Assembly (NCBI GenBank): GCA_963719025.1
Contig: CAVRBK010000056.1
Span: 5,907 to 69,906 of the forward strand
DNA: 64,000 bases
DNA from: an uncultured Gammaproteobacteria bacterium
Lineage (GTDB): Bacteria > Pseudomonadota > Gammaproteobacteria > Chromatiales > Chromatiaceae
Direction of reading: 5' to 3'
Below, piece by piece: positions 11,212 through 24,392 of this stretch. The notes under the pieces were generated by a model. That model searched no databases, was not told where the DNA came from, and worked only from the letters and a program-made list of their open reading frames with translations. Every line of letters begins with the position of its first letter. Position 1 is the stretch's first letter. Both the position numbers and the translations under genes were made by a program.

Positions 11212-11243
11212 TGGAGTTATCGACCGTACGGCCGATAACTTGC
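11212..11243. promoter_or_regulatory. Palindromic, overlapping divergent sigma-28-like promoters
   Basis: AGTTATCGACCGTACGGCCGATAACT (12 of 13 pairs); plus strand TGGAGTTA-N11-GCCGATAA, minus strand GCAAGTTA-N11-GTCGATAA. Confidence 0.6.
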
Positions 11244-11270
11244 GGGTAACACCCCAGCAAAAGATCCACC

Positions 11271-12395
11271 GTGAAGATTCCAGCCGCGCTCCAGCCACTG
11301 ATCGACGCCGCGCGTCGCGAGCCGCCCTCGCTGCTGCAGCAGCTCAAGGTCGGCCAGACCCTGCCGGCAAAGGTACTGGAACAACTGCAGCCCGGCCTGC
11401 TGCGTTTGCAGCTCGCCTCGACCATTCTGCTCGCGCGCAGCCAGGTCAGCCTGCAGGCCGGAACGGCGCTGAGGCTCGAAGTGACCAAGCCCTTTCCGCT
11501 CCCGGAACTTCGCATCCTGCAGGAAGCCACCCCGCGGGAACGGCAGCAGCATGCGGTACGCAGCGCGATGGCGCGCCAGCTGCCGCCGGCCGACGTCCGC
11601 CAGGCCGCAACGGGGCTGGGAGTCCGGACGACTTCCCCACGCCTGGCGGAGGGCGTGCGTCAGTTCAGCGCGATCACTGCCGATAGCGGCATCCGCCTGA
11701 GCCAGCTCGCGCCGGCCCAGATCCAGCGCGCGCTGCACCATAGCGGCATCCTTCACGAGGCACGAATGGCGGCCAACCTGCCGCATGATCCGGGCGATAC
11801 CAAGACCAGGCTGCTGCAACTGCTCACCCTGCTGCGACCCGATCCGAAGGCTGAACAGCAGCAGGCCGCGCGCAACCTCGAGCATGCCGCCGATCAGAAC
11901 CAGGCCGGTCGCAGCGCCGGTGCCGACAGCCTGTTGAACCGCCTGGTGCGCCTGATCGAGGGGTCCATATCCCGCATCCAGTTGCAGCAGGCCGCCGTGT
12001 TGCCCCAGGAAGAGGGTCAACGTCAGGCGTGGCAGATCGATCTGCCGATCCATCTGCCCGACGAGACCCAGGACGCCATGCTGCGAATAGAACGCGAGGC
12101 CGCACAGGACGGTAAGCCCGGCGACGCGACCTGGGCGGTCAACCTGGCCTTTCAGTTCGACAGCATCGGGACCCTGCAGTGTCGCATGGCACTTGCCGGA
12201 GAACGCCTGTCCACGACCTTCTGGTGCGAACGCGACGCCACCTTTGAAAAGGTCGAGCGCCGCCTGCCAGCACTGCGCAAGGCCTTCGAGGCACAAGGTT
12301 TCGAGGTGGTGCACCTGGCCGGGGTGCTGGGCGATCCACCCGAACCACTGATCCATGTCCCGATGCCCGACTCACTGCTGGACGAGCGCGCCTGA
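11271..12395 (+). CDS. Flagellar hook-length control FliK-like protein
   Basis: LKVGQTLPAKV N-terminus, LHHSGILHEAR, and C-terminal T3S4-like domain WAVNLAFQFDSIGTLQCRMAL...LPALRKAFEAQGF; paired with a FlhB-C gene. Confidence 0.8.
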   Translation: MKIPAALQPLIDAARREPPSLLQQLKVGQTLPAKVLEQLQPGLLRLQLASTILLARSQVSLQAGTALRLEVTKPFPLPELRILQEATPRERQQHAVRSAMARQLPPADVRQAATGLGVRTTSPRLAEGVRQFSAITADSGIRLSQLAPAQIQRALHHSGILHEARMAANLPHDPGDTKTRLLQLLTLLRPDPKAEQQQAARNLEHAADQNQAGRSAGADSLLNRLVRLIEGSISRIQLQQAAVLPQEEGQRQAWQIDLPIHLPDETQDAMLRIEREAAQDGKPGDATWAVNLAFQFDSIGTLQCRMALAGERLSTTFWCERDATFEKVERRLPALRKAFEAQGFEVVHLAGVLGDPPEPLIHVPMPDSLLDERA

Positions 12396-12396
12396 G

Positions 12397-12711
12397 ATGG
12401 CCGGCAAGCGCTCAACCGTCGGTGGCCAAACCGATATCGCGGTCGCCCTGCACTACAACGGGAACGACGCACCCCGCGTTACGGCGAAGGGCGAGCAACG
12501 GCTTGCCCAGGAAATCATCGATGCGGCCGAACAGGCTGGCGTGCCCGTGTACCCGGATCGGGAACTGGCCATGATCCTGTCGCAGGTCCCGCTCGGCGAA
12601 GAGATTCCGGATAACCTCTACAAGGCCATCGCCGAGATCATCGCCTTCGCCTACATCCTCGCCGGCAAGGTCCCGGAAGGCTTCGTCGCAGACGGCCAGG
12701 CCGACGACTAA
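12397..12711 (+). CDS. Stand-alone FlhB C-terminal (FlhB-CC/FlhX/YlqH-like) protein
   Basis: AVALHY...APRVTAKG...A.EII..A...GVPV...LGEEIPDNLYKAIAEIIAF; no TM domain and no NPTH motif. Confidence 0.9.
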   Translation: MAGKRSTVGGQTDIAVALHYNGNDAPRVTAKGEQRLAQEIIDAAEQAGVPVYPDRELAMILSQVPLGEEIPDNLYKAIAEIIAFAYILAGKVPEGFVADGQADD

Positions 12712-12715
12712 ACGC

Positions 12716-13486
<771 letters not shown>

Positions 13487-13501
13487 GACAGGCTCCAGGC
13501 A

Positions 13502-14602
13502 TCAGCGACGGGAATGCCCCGTATGCAGTTTTCTCTCCAGGGACATGCTGTAACGCGACATGCCAAAGCAGAAGATCCAGTAAACGAATGCGGCGAACAC
13601 AAGCCCTTCCACGGCATACCCCAGCCACTTCGGATCAGCCAGCGCGGATTCAATCATCGCCAGCAGATCGAACAGGCCAATGATGAGCACCAGGGTCGTA
13701 TCCTTGAACAGGGCGATGAAGGTATTGACGATACCGGGGATGACCAGCTTCAGGGCCTGCGGCAATATGATCAGTCCCATGCTCTGCCAGTATCCCAGGC
13801 CAAGCGCCTGCGCTGCCTCGTACTGCCCTTTCGGTATGGCCTGCAGGCCACCGCGCACCACCTCTGCCATGTAGGCGGACTGGAACAGGGAGATACCGAT
13901 CATCGCACGCAACAGTTTGTCGAAGGTCGTCCCCTCGGGCAGGAACAGCGGCAACATCACGGAGGACATGAACAGCACGGTGATCAGGGGAACACCGCGC
14001 CAGAACTCGATGAAGACGACACTCACCGAACGCACGATCGGCATCGTCGAACGCCGTCCCAATGCCAGTACCACACCAAGCGGGAATGACGCCGCCATGC
14101 CGACGGATGCCAGCACCAGGGTCAGCGCCAGCCCACCCCAGCGGCTTGTCTCGACATGTTCAAGACCGAAGATCCCGCCGGAGAACAGATAGAAGGCAAG
14201 CACCGGGTAGCCAAACACGACAAAGGTGCCAAGCCACATCTTGTAGCGAAAACGCTCGACCAGAAGCGGCACGACCAGCGCCACGATCAACAAGGCCGCC
14301 AGATTGATCCGCCAGTATTCGGCTTCCGGATAGAGGCCATACATGAACTGGTTGAAGCGGACATTGACAAACACCCAGCAGGCGCCCCCACTGGTGCAGG
14401 CCTCGCGCGAGTCACCGACCCAATCGGCATCGATGAACACCCATTGGATCATCGGCGGGACAAACAGGAACAACAGGTAGGCCGCCAGCAGGGTCAGCGC
14501 GCCATTCAGCCAAGAGGAAAAAAGGTTGCTCCTGAGCCAGCCGACAGCGCCCACACTGGTCAACGGCGGCGGGAGATCCGGATGGGGCGTGTGGACACTC
14601 AT
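13502..14602 (-). CDS. aapM: General L-amino acid ABC transporter permease
   Basis: WLRSNLFSSW, GACWVFV, RGVPLITVLFM and AEVVRGGLQAIPKGQYEAA motifs. Confidence 0.92.
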   Translation of the reverse strand: MSVHTPHPDLPPPLTSVGAVGWLRSNLFSSWLNGALTLLAAYLLFLFVPPMIQWVFIDADWVGDSREACTSGGACWVFVNVRFNQFMYGLYPEAEYWRINLAALLIVALVVPLLVERFRYKMWLGTFVVFGYPVLAFYLFSGGIFGLEHVETSRWGGLALTLVLASVGMAASFPLGVVLALGRRSTMPIVRSVSVVFIEFWRGVPLITVLFMSSVMLPLFLPEGTTFDKLLRAMIGISLFQSAYMAEVVRGGLQAIPKGQYEAAQALGLGYWQSMGLIILPQALKLVIPGIVNTFIALFKDTTLVLIIGLFDLLAMIESALADPKWLGYAVEGLVFAAFVYWIFCFGMSRYSMSLERKLHTGHSRR

Positions 14603-14607
14603 ACCGC

Positions 14608-15798
14608 TTACCTCTCCACCAACATGCGGCGTCGGTTGTACCAGTTCATGAACATCGAGATCAGCAGGCTGATGGCCAGGTAGACCCCCATGGTCATCGC
14701 GATCACCTCAACCGCCTGGCCGGTCTGATTCAGCGTGGTACCGGCAAACACGCTGACCAGGTCGGGGTAACCGATCGCGGTCGCCAGCGACGAGTTTTTC
14801 GTCAGGTTCAGAAACTGGCTGGTCAGTTGCGGAATGATCACGCGCATCGCCTGCGGAATGATCACCAGCTTCAAGGTGACTCGCGGCCGCAGACCCAGAG
14901 CGTACGCGGCCTCGGTCTGGCCATGCGTCACCGACAGGATCCCCGAACGCACCGCCTCGGCGATAAAGGCGCCGGTATAGATGCTCAGGGCCAGCACCAG
15001 TGCGGCCAGTTCCGGGATGATCTCGAGTCCACCACCGAAGTTGAAGCCTTTCAACTCGGGATAATCCCAGTGCATCGGCGCACCACTGGCCCAATAGGCA
15101 AGCAATGGCAGACCGATCAGCAAAAGAATCCCGACAGTTGCGGTCGAGAACTGTTGCCCCGTCGCCTCCTGGCGCCGGCGCGCCCAGCGCGCAATCAAGC
15201 CGACGGCGATCAATGCCGCGAAAAAGACGATACCCACCACCCAGAAGCCGTCTTCAGTGATCGGCTTCGGGAAGAACAGCCCGCGATTGTTGAGAAACAC
15301 CGCATCGTTCAGGTTCAGGCTCTGGCGCGGCATCGGCAAGGGCCGCAGTACCGCGAAGTACCAGAACATGATCTGCAGCAGCAGTGGGATATTGCGAAAC
15401 GTCTCGATGTAGATGGTCGCGAGCCTGGCGACCAGCCAGTTGTGCGACAAACGCGCAACACCTACGAAAAAGCCGATGAATGTCGCGAAGAAAATGCCCA
15501 GGCAGGCGACCAGCAGCGTATTCAGCAGGCCGACCAGAAACGTCCGCCCGTAGGTGTAGGTTTCGTCGTAGGGGATCAGGGTTTGCAGGATGCCGAATCC
15601 CGCCTCATTCGACAGGAAACCGAATCCGGTGGTGATGCCGCGCTGCTGCATATTCTGCAGCGTGTTGCTCAGCAGATAGTAACCCACCGCGAGAATCCCA
15701 AGCACCAGCAGCGTCTGAAATACGATGGCGCGTACCGCCGGCGAACGCCACCAGGGCACCTTGCTCGATTGGGTCTGTGGGGGAATATCCGGTTGCAA
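14608..15798 (-). CDS. aapQ: General L-amino acid ABC transporter permease
   Basis: GFGFLSNEAGF, VGLLNTLLV, FRNIPLLLQ, GFNFGGG and LTKNSSLATAIGYPDLV motifs. Confidence 0.92.
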   Translation of the reverse strand: MQPDIPPQTQSSKVPWWRSPAVRAIVFQTLLVLGILAVGYYLLSNTLQNMQQRGITTGFGFLSNEAGFGILQTLIPYDETYTYGRTFLVGLLNTLLVACLGIFFATFIGFFVGVARLSHNWLVARLATIYIETFRNIPLLLQIMFWYFAVLRPLPMPRQSLNLNDAVFLNNRGLFFPKPITEDGFWVVGIVFFAALIAVGLIARWARRRQEATGQQFSTATVGILLLIGLPLLAYWASGAPMHWDYPELKGFNFGGGLEIIPELAALVLALSIYTGAFIAEAVRSGILSVTHGQTEAAYALGLRPRVTLKLVIIPQAMRVIIPQLTSQFLNLTKNSSLATAIGYPDLVSVFAGTTLNQTGQAVEVIAMTMGVYLAISLLISMFMNWYNRRRMLVER

Positions 15799-15836
15799 GG
15801 TATTCAGCCGTGGGGAGTTTCAGCGCAAACGACCCA

Positions 15837-15861
15837 CCCCGGGGCAAGCAACGCCCCGGGG
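15837..15861. other. GC-rich intercistronic hairpin after aapJ (mRNA stabiliser or partial terminator)
   Basis: CCCCGGGGC-AAGCAAC-GCCCCGGGG perfect 9-bp stem. Confidence 0.6.
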
Positions 15862-15886
15862 CGAACGATAGCCTGGCAGTCAAAAA

Positions 15887-16909
15887 TCAACGGATCGGCG
15901 GTGCGTACTGGATGCCACCCTTGCTCCACAGCGCATTCAGGCCACGCGATATCTTCAACGCGCTGCCCATACCGACATTGCGCTCGAAGACCTCACCATA
16001 GTTTCCGACCTGCTTGATGATGCTGTAACCCCAATTGTCCGGCAGGCCAATCCACTCACCTTTGACACCCTCGAGGCCGAGCAGACGACGGACATTCGGA
16101 TCTGTGGAATTCGCCTTCATCTCGTCGACATTGGTCGAAGTGATGCCGAGTTCTTCCGCGTTGATCATTGCAAACAGCATCCAGCGAACGATATTGAACC
16201 ACTCATCGTCACCCTGACGTACGACCGGTCCAAGCGGTTCCTTGGAGATCACTTCCGGCAACACCATCGCACTACCGGGATTGCTCAGCTTGATGCGCAA
16301 GGCATACAACTGGGACTGGTCGGAGGTAAGCGCATCACAACGTCCGGCCTCGAACGCCTTGATCGTCTGATCCGACGTATCGAAGGTAATCGGGGTGTAG
16401 CTCATCTTGTTGCTGCGGAAAAAATCGGCCAGATTGAGCTCGGTGGTGGTGCCCGCCTGGATACAGAACGAGGCCCCGTCCATCTCCATCGCGCTCTTTA
16501 CACCGAGATCCTTGGTTACCAAGAAACCCTGACCGTCGTAATAGTTGACCCCGGCAAAGTTCAGACCGAGCGAGGTATCGCGGGTAAAGGTCCAGGTGGT
16601 GTTGCGGGGCAACATATCGATCTCGCCGGACTGCAGGGCCGTGAAACGTTCTTTCGCCGTCAGCGGACTGTACTTGACCTTGTCCGCGTCACCGAAGATC
16701 GCTGCGGCCACGCCACGACACATGTCGACGTCGATGCCGTTGAAGCGGCCCTTCTCGTCGGCCACCGAAAACCCGGGCAGGCCGGTACTGACGCCGCACT
16801 GCACAAAGCCTTTTGATTTGACGCCATCCAGCGTAGCGCCGGCATTGGCCAGGCCGGAAACTGACAACAGGGTTGCCACACCGAGACCAAGGATGAGTTT
16901 CGATTTCAT
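15887..16909 (-). CDS. aapJ: General L-amino acid ABC transporter substrate-binding protein
   Basis: Signal peptide, CGVSTGLPGFS, ERFTALQSGEID, GRCDALTSDQSQL, ISKEPLGP and GGIQYAPPIR; GGAGG RBS before ATG 16909. Confidence 0.94.
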   Translation of the reverse strand: MKSKLILGLGVATLLSVSGLANAGATLDGVKSKGFVQCGVSTGLPGFSVADEKGRFNGIDVDMCRGVAAAIFGDADKVKYSPLTAKERFTALQSGEIDMLPRNTTWTFTRDTSLGLNFAGVNYYDGQGFLVTKDLGVKSAMEMDGASFCIQAGTTTELNLADFFRSNKMSYTPITFDTSDQTIKAFEAGRCDALTSDQSQLYALRIKLSNPGSAMVLPEVISKEPLGPVVRQGDDEWFNIVRWMLFAMINAEELGITSTNVDEMKANSTDPNVRRLLGLEGVKGEWIGLPDNWGYSIIKQVGNYGEVFERNVGMGSALKISRGLNALWSKGGIQYAPPIR

Positions 16910-16951
16910 GATAGGGATTTTCCTCCAGTTACTGCTATTTTTATGGTTTGC

Positions 16952-16967
16952 TACAAAGATCATGCCA
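16952..16967 (-). promoter_or_regulatory. Putative sigma-54 promoter of aapJQMP
   Basis: TGGCATGATCTTTGTA (-24 GG intact, -12 GT variant). Confidence 0.45.
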
Positions 16968-17120
16968 GCATCACTGGCTAACTCCCAGCGCACTCCGCAG
17001 TGTTCTATGCCCGAGTGTCGCCTCCCACTCTGAAGGCGTCAAGACAACGGCATTCCCTTTTTTCTCTATGGCCTAAACATCAGCAGGTGGGCTACGCCCT
17101 TACAGGACACGGTGTCGAAC

Positions 17121-17156
17121 TGGTGCAAAACGGGCAGATCGCGCACTCCGACGGTG

Positions 17157-17158
<2 letters not shown>
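17121..17158. promoter_or_regulatory. Putative NtrC enhancer
   Basis: GCAC-N7-GTGC at 17143-17157 plus TGGTGCA half-site at 17121-17127, offset 31 bp. Confidence 0.4.
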
Positions 17159-20236
<3,078 letters not shown>

Positions 20237-20293
20237 GAATTTGCCGTCGGTCGTTTCGTCAGCCAGTTGGCGCCCGGTCGATCAGGCCCCTGT

Positions 20294-23200
20294 TCAAACC
20301 GCGGCCAGCGCTGCCGCCTCTTCCACGTCCACCGTCACCAGTCTCGACACACCGGGCTCATGCATGGTGACTCCGCTCAACTGGTGGGCGATCTCCATGG
20401 TGACCTTATTGTGCGTAATGAAGATGAACTGGACATGTTCGGACATCTCCTTGACCAGCGCCGAATAGCGCCCAACGTTGGCATCATCCAGCGGCGCGTC
20501 CACCTCGTCGAGCATGCAGAACGGGGCTGGATTGAGGCGGAATATCGCGAACACGAGGGCCACAGCGGTCAGCGCCTTTTCACCGCCCGAGAGCAGGTGA
20601 ATGCTGCTGTTGCGCTTGCCGGGCGGTCGCGCCATCACGGTCACACCGGTATCCAGCAGGTCGTCTCCGGTCAGCTCGAGGTAGGCATGGCCACCGCCGA
20701 ACAGCTTGGGAAACAGCTCCTTGAAGCCCGCGTCGACGCGATCGAAGGTCTCCTTGAAGCGCGTACGCGTTTCCCGGTCGATCTTGCGGATCGCCTCTTC
20801 GAGCGTCGCCAGTGACTTGCTGACGTCCTCATGCTGACTGTCGAGATAGGCCATGCGCTCGCTCTGTTCCTTGAACTCGTCGATCGCCGCCAGGTTGATC
20901 GGTCCGAGCCGCTGGATCCGGTTCGACAGATCCTCGACCCGCGCCTGCCACGGCTCGACTGCCGCCTCTTCGGGCATCTCGTCGTGCAGGGTCGCGCGAT
21001 CGAACCCGGTCTCGCCGAGCTGCTCCTCGAGCGTGCGGCTGCGCACCAGGATTTCCTGCCGGGCCATGCGCGCCTGATCCAGGCGACTGCGCTCGTCCTG
21101 CACCTTCTGTTCGACCTGGTGACGGGACTGATCGAGCTCACGCAGCTCGTGGTCTATGCCCTCGAGATCTTTGCGCGCCTGCGAAAGCTTGCCTTCCACT
21201 ACCGCGCGCTCCTGCAACTGCTGCTCCAGCTTCGCCTGCTGCTCGCCGATCGGCGCCTTGCTCGACTGCAGCGAGCCGTCAAGATCGGCACAGCGCTGAT
21301 GTAGCTGCGACAACTGTTGCTGCATGCGACCGATACCGGATCGCAGCGAATCCTCTGAACTGCGCATCGACTCAACCCGCAGGGCGATCTCGTGCACCTT
21401 GTTGCGCGCCTCGCTGGCGGCGCTGCGCGCACTGTCCAGCTGACCACGCAGCGCGTCGCGCTGGCTGACAAACTGCTCGCGCTGCTTGCCGAGATCCTCG
21501 ATCGAGGCCAGCGCCTGATGCAGACGGGTACGCGTCGTGCTCATTTCCCGGGTACCGCTTTCGAGCTGTTGGCGCAGTTCGGCGGCGTCTTTTTCCAGGC
21601 CCTCGATGCGATGGCGGATCTGCTCCGCCCTTGCCTGCTTGCCACTCAGCAGGGCGCGAACCTCGGACACCACGCGCTGCGCCGCTTCCAGCTCGCGCTG
21701 CTGCGCCTCGCGCGCCTGCTCAGCCTCGACCAGGGCCTGGCGATCGCCCGCCAGGGTCTCACCCAGCCGGGTGACACGCGGGTCGAGCTCGTCGCGCTGC
21801 TGCAGCAACTCGCGAATCTCCTGCTCCCGTGCCAGCACCCCGGCGGTCGCATCCGAACCGCGCTGCAGGCTGATCCAGCCACGCCCCACCCGCAGCCCAT
21901 CCGGCGTCACCAGGCATTCTCCGGGCGACAGTTCATGGCGACGCTGCAGCGCATCGCCCAGGCTGTCTGCGGTATACACACTGTTCAACAGGTGGGCCAA
22001 AGGGCCAGGCCCGTCGACCACGGCGGCCAGGGTCCCGGGGCGCGCCTGCGGCGCCTCGCCCTGTGCCTCGAACAAAGTCAGGTTGCCGCTTGCCAGGGCC
22101 GCCAGACCTTCGGCAGGATCCTCGAGACGATCGACCATGACCGCCTGCAGCTGTTCGGCCAGCACCATCTCCACCGCCTTTTGCCACTGTCCCGACACCT
22201 GCACCAACTCGAGCAGGCGTTTGTTGCCACCCAGACGCTGCTGCTCAAGCCAGCGCCCGACCGTCTTGTCGCCCTCACCTCGCGCGGCCTGCTGCAGGGC
22301 CTGCAGCGAAGAGAGCCGCCCCTTCAGGGTTTCCAGTTCCGACCGGGCCGAGGCCAGCTCTTCCTGGGTCTGCTGATTGCGCTCGCGCAACTGGCTGATC
22401 GATGCCAGTCTGTCGTCGACCCGCTGACGCACCACCAGCAACCCGGCCTCGCCTTCCGACTCGCGACGTTGCAGCTCGCTGATCTCGGCCTGCAGGGAGA
22501 CATCGGCCAGCTGCTTGCGCTCTTCCTCGTTGCGCGCCTGGCGCCGCTTGAGCTGCGTTTCCTGCTGTTCGAGGTGATTGATCCGGGTGCGCTCGACCTG
22601 GGCCTGCTGTGCCGGTTCGTTGGCCCGCTGGTTAAAGGTATCCCAGTCGTTCTGCCACGCATGCATCGCTGCTTCCGCAGACTGCAGTTCGGCAGCGGCC
22701 GCCTCGGCCCTGGCGCGTGCCTCGTCAAGCATCGGCTGATCGCGTTCGAGTTCTCCGCTCAACTCGGCCAGCCGTGAACTGTCCTGTTGGCTGAGTGACT
22801 CCGCCTGGGCCAAGGACTGGCGTGCCTGGACAAGATCTGATTCCTGCTGGCGGCGGGCCTCACGGGCATACTGGATCGCCTCCTCGAGCCGGGCGATCTC
22901 GGACCCTACCGCGTAAAACTCGCCCTGCACCGCGTTGAAGACATCGTTTGCCTCCGCATGTGCCGAGCGCTGTTGCTCGATTCGCGTCTCGAGATTGCGC
23001 TGCTCTGCAATCGCGGATTCCAGACGGTTTTCCTGTTCGGCGATGCCCCGGTCGCGCTGCTCGATATCGTTCAGCATCGCATCCAGGCGCAACACCAACA
23101 GTTCGGCGCGTACCCGACGTTCCTCTTCCCGCAGGGTTTTGTACTTCTGCGCCGTAGCCGACTGGCGCTCGAGATGACGCAACTGCTTCTGCACCTCTTC

Positions 23201-23794
23201 GCGCAGATCGTCCAGGCGTTCGAGGTTTTCCCGGGTGTGCGACATCCGGTTCTCGGTCTCGCGCCGGCGTTCCTTGTACTTCGAGATGCCGGCCGCTTCC
23301 TCCAGGTAGACCCGCAGGTCTTCCGGACGCGCCTCGATGATCCGCGAGATCATGCCCTGCTCGATGATCGAGTAACTGCGCGGGCCCAGGCCGGTGCCGA
23401 GGAACAGGTCGGTGATATCGCGCCGGCGACAGCGCACCCCGTTGAGAAAATAGATCGACTGGCCGTCGCGCGAGACCTGGCGCTTCACCGAGATCTGGCT
23501 GTACTGGGCATACTGGCCGCCGGCGCCGCCATCCGCGTTGTCGAAGATCAGTTCGATATTGGCCGTACCGACCGGCTTGCGGCTGCTCGAACCGTTGAAG
23601 ATGACGTCGGCCATCGACTCGCCGCGCAGCATCTTGGCCGAGCTCTCGCCCATCACCCAGCGCACCGCGTCGATCACGTTGGACTTGCCACAGCCGTTCG
23701 GCCCGACGATGCCGACGAGATTGCTGGGGAACAGGACGGTCGTCGGGTCAACAAAAGATTTGAAGCCCGCCAGTTTTATTTTTTCCAGGCGCAT
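20294..23794 (-). CDS. smc: Chromosome segregation protein SMC
   Basis: MRLEKIKLAGFKSF, GPNGCGKSN, long coiled coils, LSGGEKAL and LDEVDAPLD. Confidence 0.98.
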   Translation of the reverse strand: MRLEKIKLAGFKSFVDPTTVLFPSNLVGIVGPNGCGKSNVIDAVRWVMGESSAKMLRGESMADVIFNGSSSRKPVGTANIELIFDNADGGAGGQYAQYSQISVKRQVSRDGQSIYFLNGVRCRRRDITDLFLGTGLGPRSYSIIEQGMISRIIEARPEDLRVYLEEAAGISKYKERRRETENRMSHTRENLERLDDLREEVQKQLRHLERQSATAQKYKTLREEERRVRAELLVLRLDAMLNDIEQRDRGIAEQENRLESAIAEQRNLETRIEQQRSAHAEANDVFNAVQGEFYAVGSEIARLEEAIQYAREARRQQESDLVQARQSLAQAESLSQQDSSRLAELSGELERDQPMLDEARARAEAAAAELQSAEAAMHAWQNDWDTFNQRANEPAQQAQVERTRINHLEQQETQLKRRQARNEEERKQLADVSLQAEISELQRRESEGEAGLLVVRQRVDDRLASISQLRERNQQTQEELASARSELETLKGRLSSLQALQQAARGEGDKTVGRWLEQQRLGGNKRLLELVQVSGQWQKAVEMVLAEQLQAVMVDRLEDPAEGLAALASGNLTLFEAQGEAPQARPGTLAAVVDGPGPLAHLLNSVYTADSLGDALQRRHELSPGECLVTPDGLRVGRGWISLQRGSDATAGVLAREQEIRELLQQRDELDPRVTRLGETLAGDRQALVEAEQAREAQQRELEAAQRVVSEVRALLSGKQARAEQIRHRIEGLEKDAAELRQQLESGTREMSTTRTRLHQALASIEDLGKQREQFVSQRDALRGQLDSARSAASEARNKVHEIALRVESMRSSEDSLRSGIGRMQQQLSQLHQRCADLDGSLQSSKAPIGEQQAKLEQQLQERAVVEGKLSQARKDLEGIDHELRELDQSRHQVEQKVQDERSRLDQARMARQEILVRSRTLEEQLGETGFDRATLHDEMPEEAAVEPWQARVEDLSNRIQRLGPINLAAIDEFKEQSERMAYLDSQHEDVSKSLATLEEAIRKIDRETRTRFKETFDRVDAGFKELFPKLFGGGHAYLELTGDDLLDTGVTVMARPPGKRNSSIHLLSGGEKALTAVALVFAIFRLNPAPFCMLDEVDAPLDDANVGRYSALVKEMSEHVQFIFITHNKVTMEIAHQLSGVTMHEPGVSRLVTVDVEEAAALAAV

Positions 23795-23945
23795 GACCGG
23801 CAAAGATACAGGATGCCTCACGGCTGGCACAAGCCAATCCGGACGACTCGGAAACAGTTTCGAAAACACGGCTATCTGGCGGATTTCTATCAATTTTCAA
23901 GACAAACCTCAGGTGATTTCCAACCCACGACGAGGCACGGTCTCG

Positions 23946-23951
23946 TATAAT
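23946..23951 (+). promoter_or_regulatory. Sigma-70 -10 box for queF
   Basis: Perfect TATAAT 35 nt upstream of the queF ATG in a GC-rich genome. Confidence 0.5.
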
Positions 23952-23986
23952 CCCGGTCCTTTAACGAGCAAGCCCCGGGAACACAC

Positions 23987-24376
23987 ATGTCAACTCAGCC
24001 CAGCAGAGATCTGGAAACCTTCGAAAATCCACGGCCGCAGCGGGACTACACCATCCGGATCCGGATCCCCGAGTTCACCTGCCTGTGCCCGAAAACCGGT
24101 CAGCCCGACTTCGCCACCCTGCTCCTGGAGTACATCCCGGAAGCACACTGCGTCGAACTGAAATCCCTGAAACTGTATGTCTGGTCGTTCCGCGAAGAAG
24201 GTGCGTTTCACGAGGATGTGACCAACCGCATACTGGCCGACCTGGTCGATGCGACCCAGCCACGCTTCATGCGCCTGACCGCCGAGTTCAATGTGCGTGG
24301 CGGTGTCTATACCAACGTCATCGTCGAACACCGGGCCGACGGCTGGGTACCTCCCGTCGCGGTTCAGCTTCCCTGA
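23987..24376 (+). CDS. queF: NADPH-dependent 7-cyano-7-deazaguanine (preQ0) reductase, short unimodular type
   Basis: [28 protein letters not shown] and FNVRGG motifs. Confidence 0.96.
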   Translation: MSTQPSRDLETFENPRPQRDYTIRIRIPEFTCLCPKTGQPDFATLLLEYIPEAHCVELKSLKLYVWSFREEGAFHEDVTNRILADLVDATQPRFMRLTAEFNVRGGVYTNVIVEHRADGWVPPVAVQLP

Positions 24377-24392
24377 TACCCTGCACATCGTT

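Noticed and set aside
12397-12711. Non-flagellar type III secretion (YscU) gene
   Set aside because: No injectisome genes nearby; paired with a FliK-like gene in a flagellated genome
15837-15861. REP/MITE element
   Set aside because: Single copy in the window; position after a substrate-binding protein gene fits an ordinary stabilising hairpin
23795-23986. preQ1 riboswitch upstream of queF
   Set aside because: No recognisable preQ1 stem-loop with A-rich tail; the leader after TATAAT is very short
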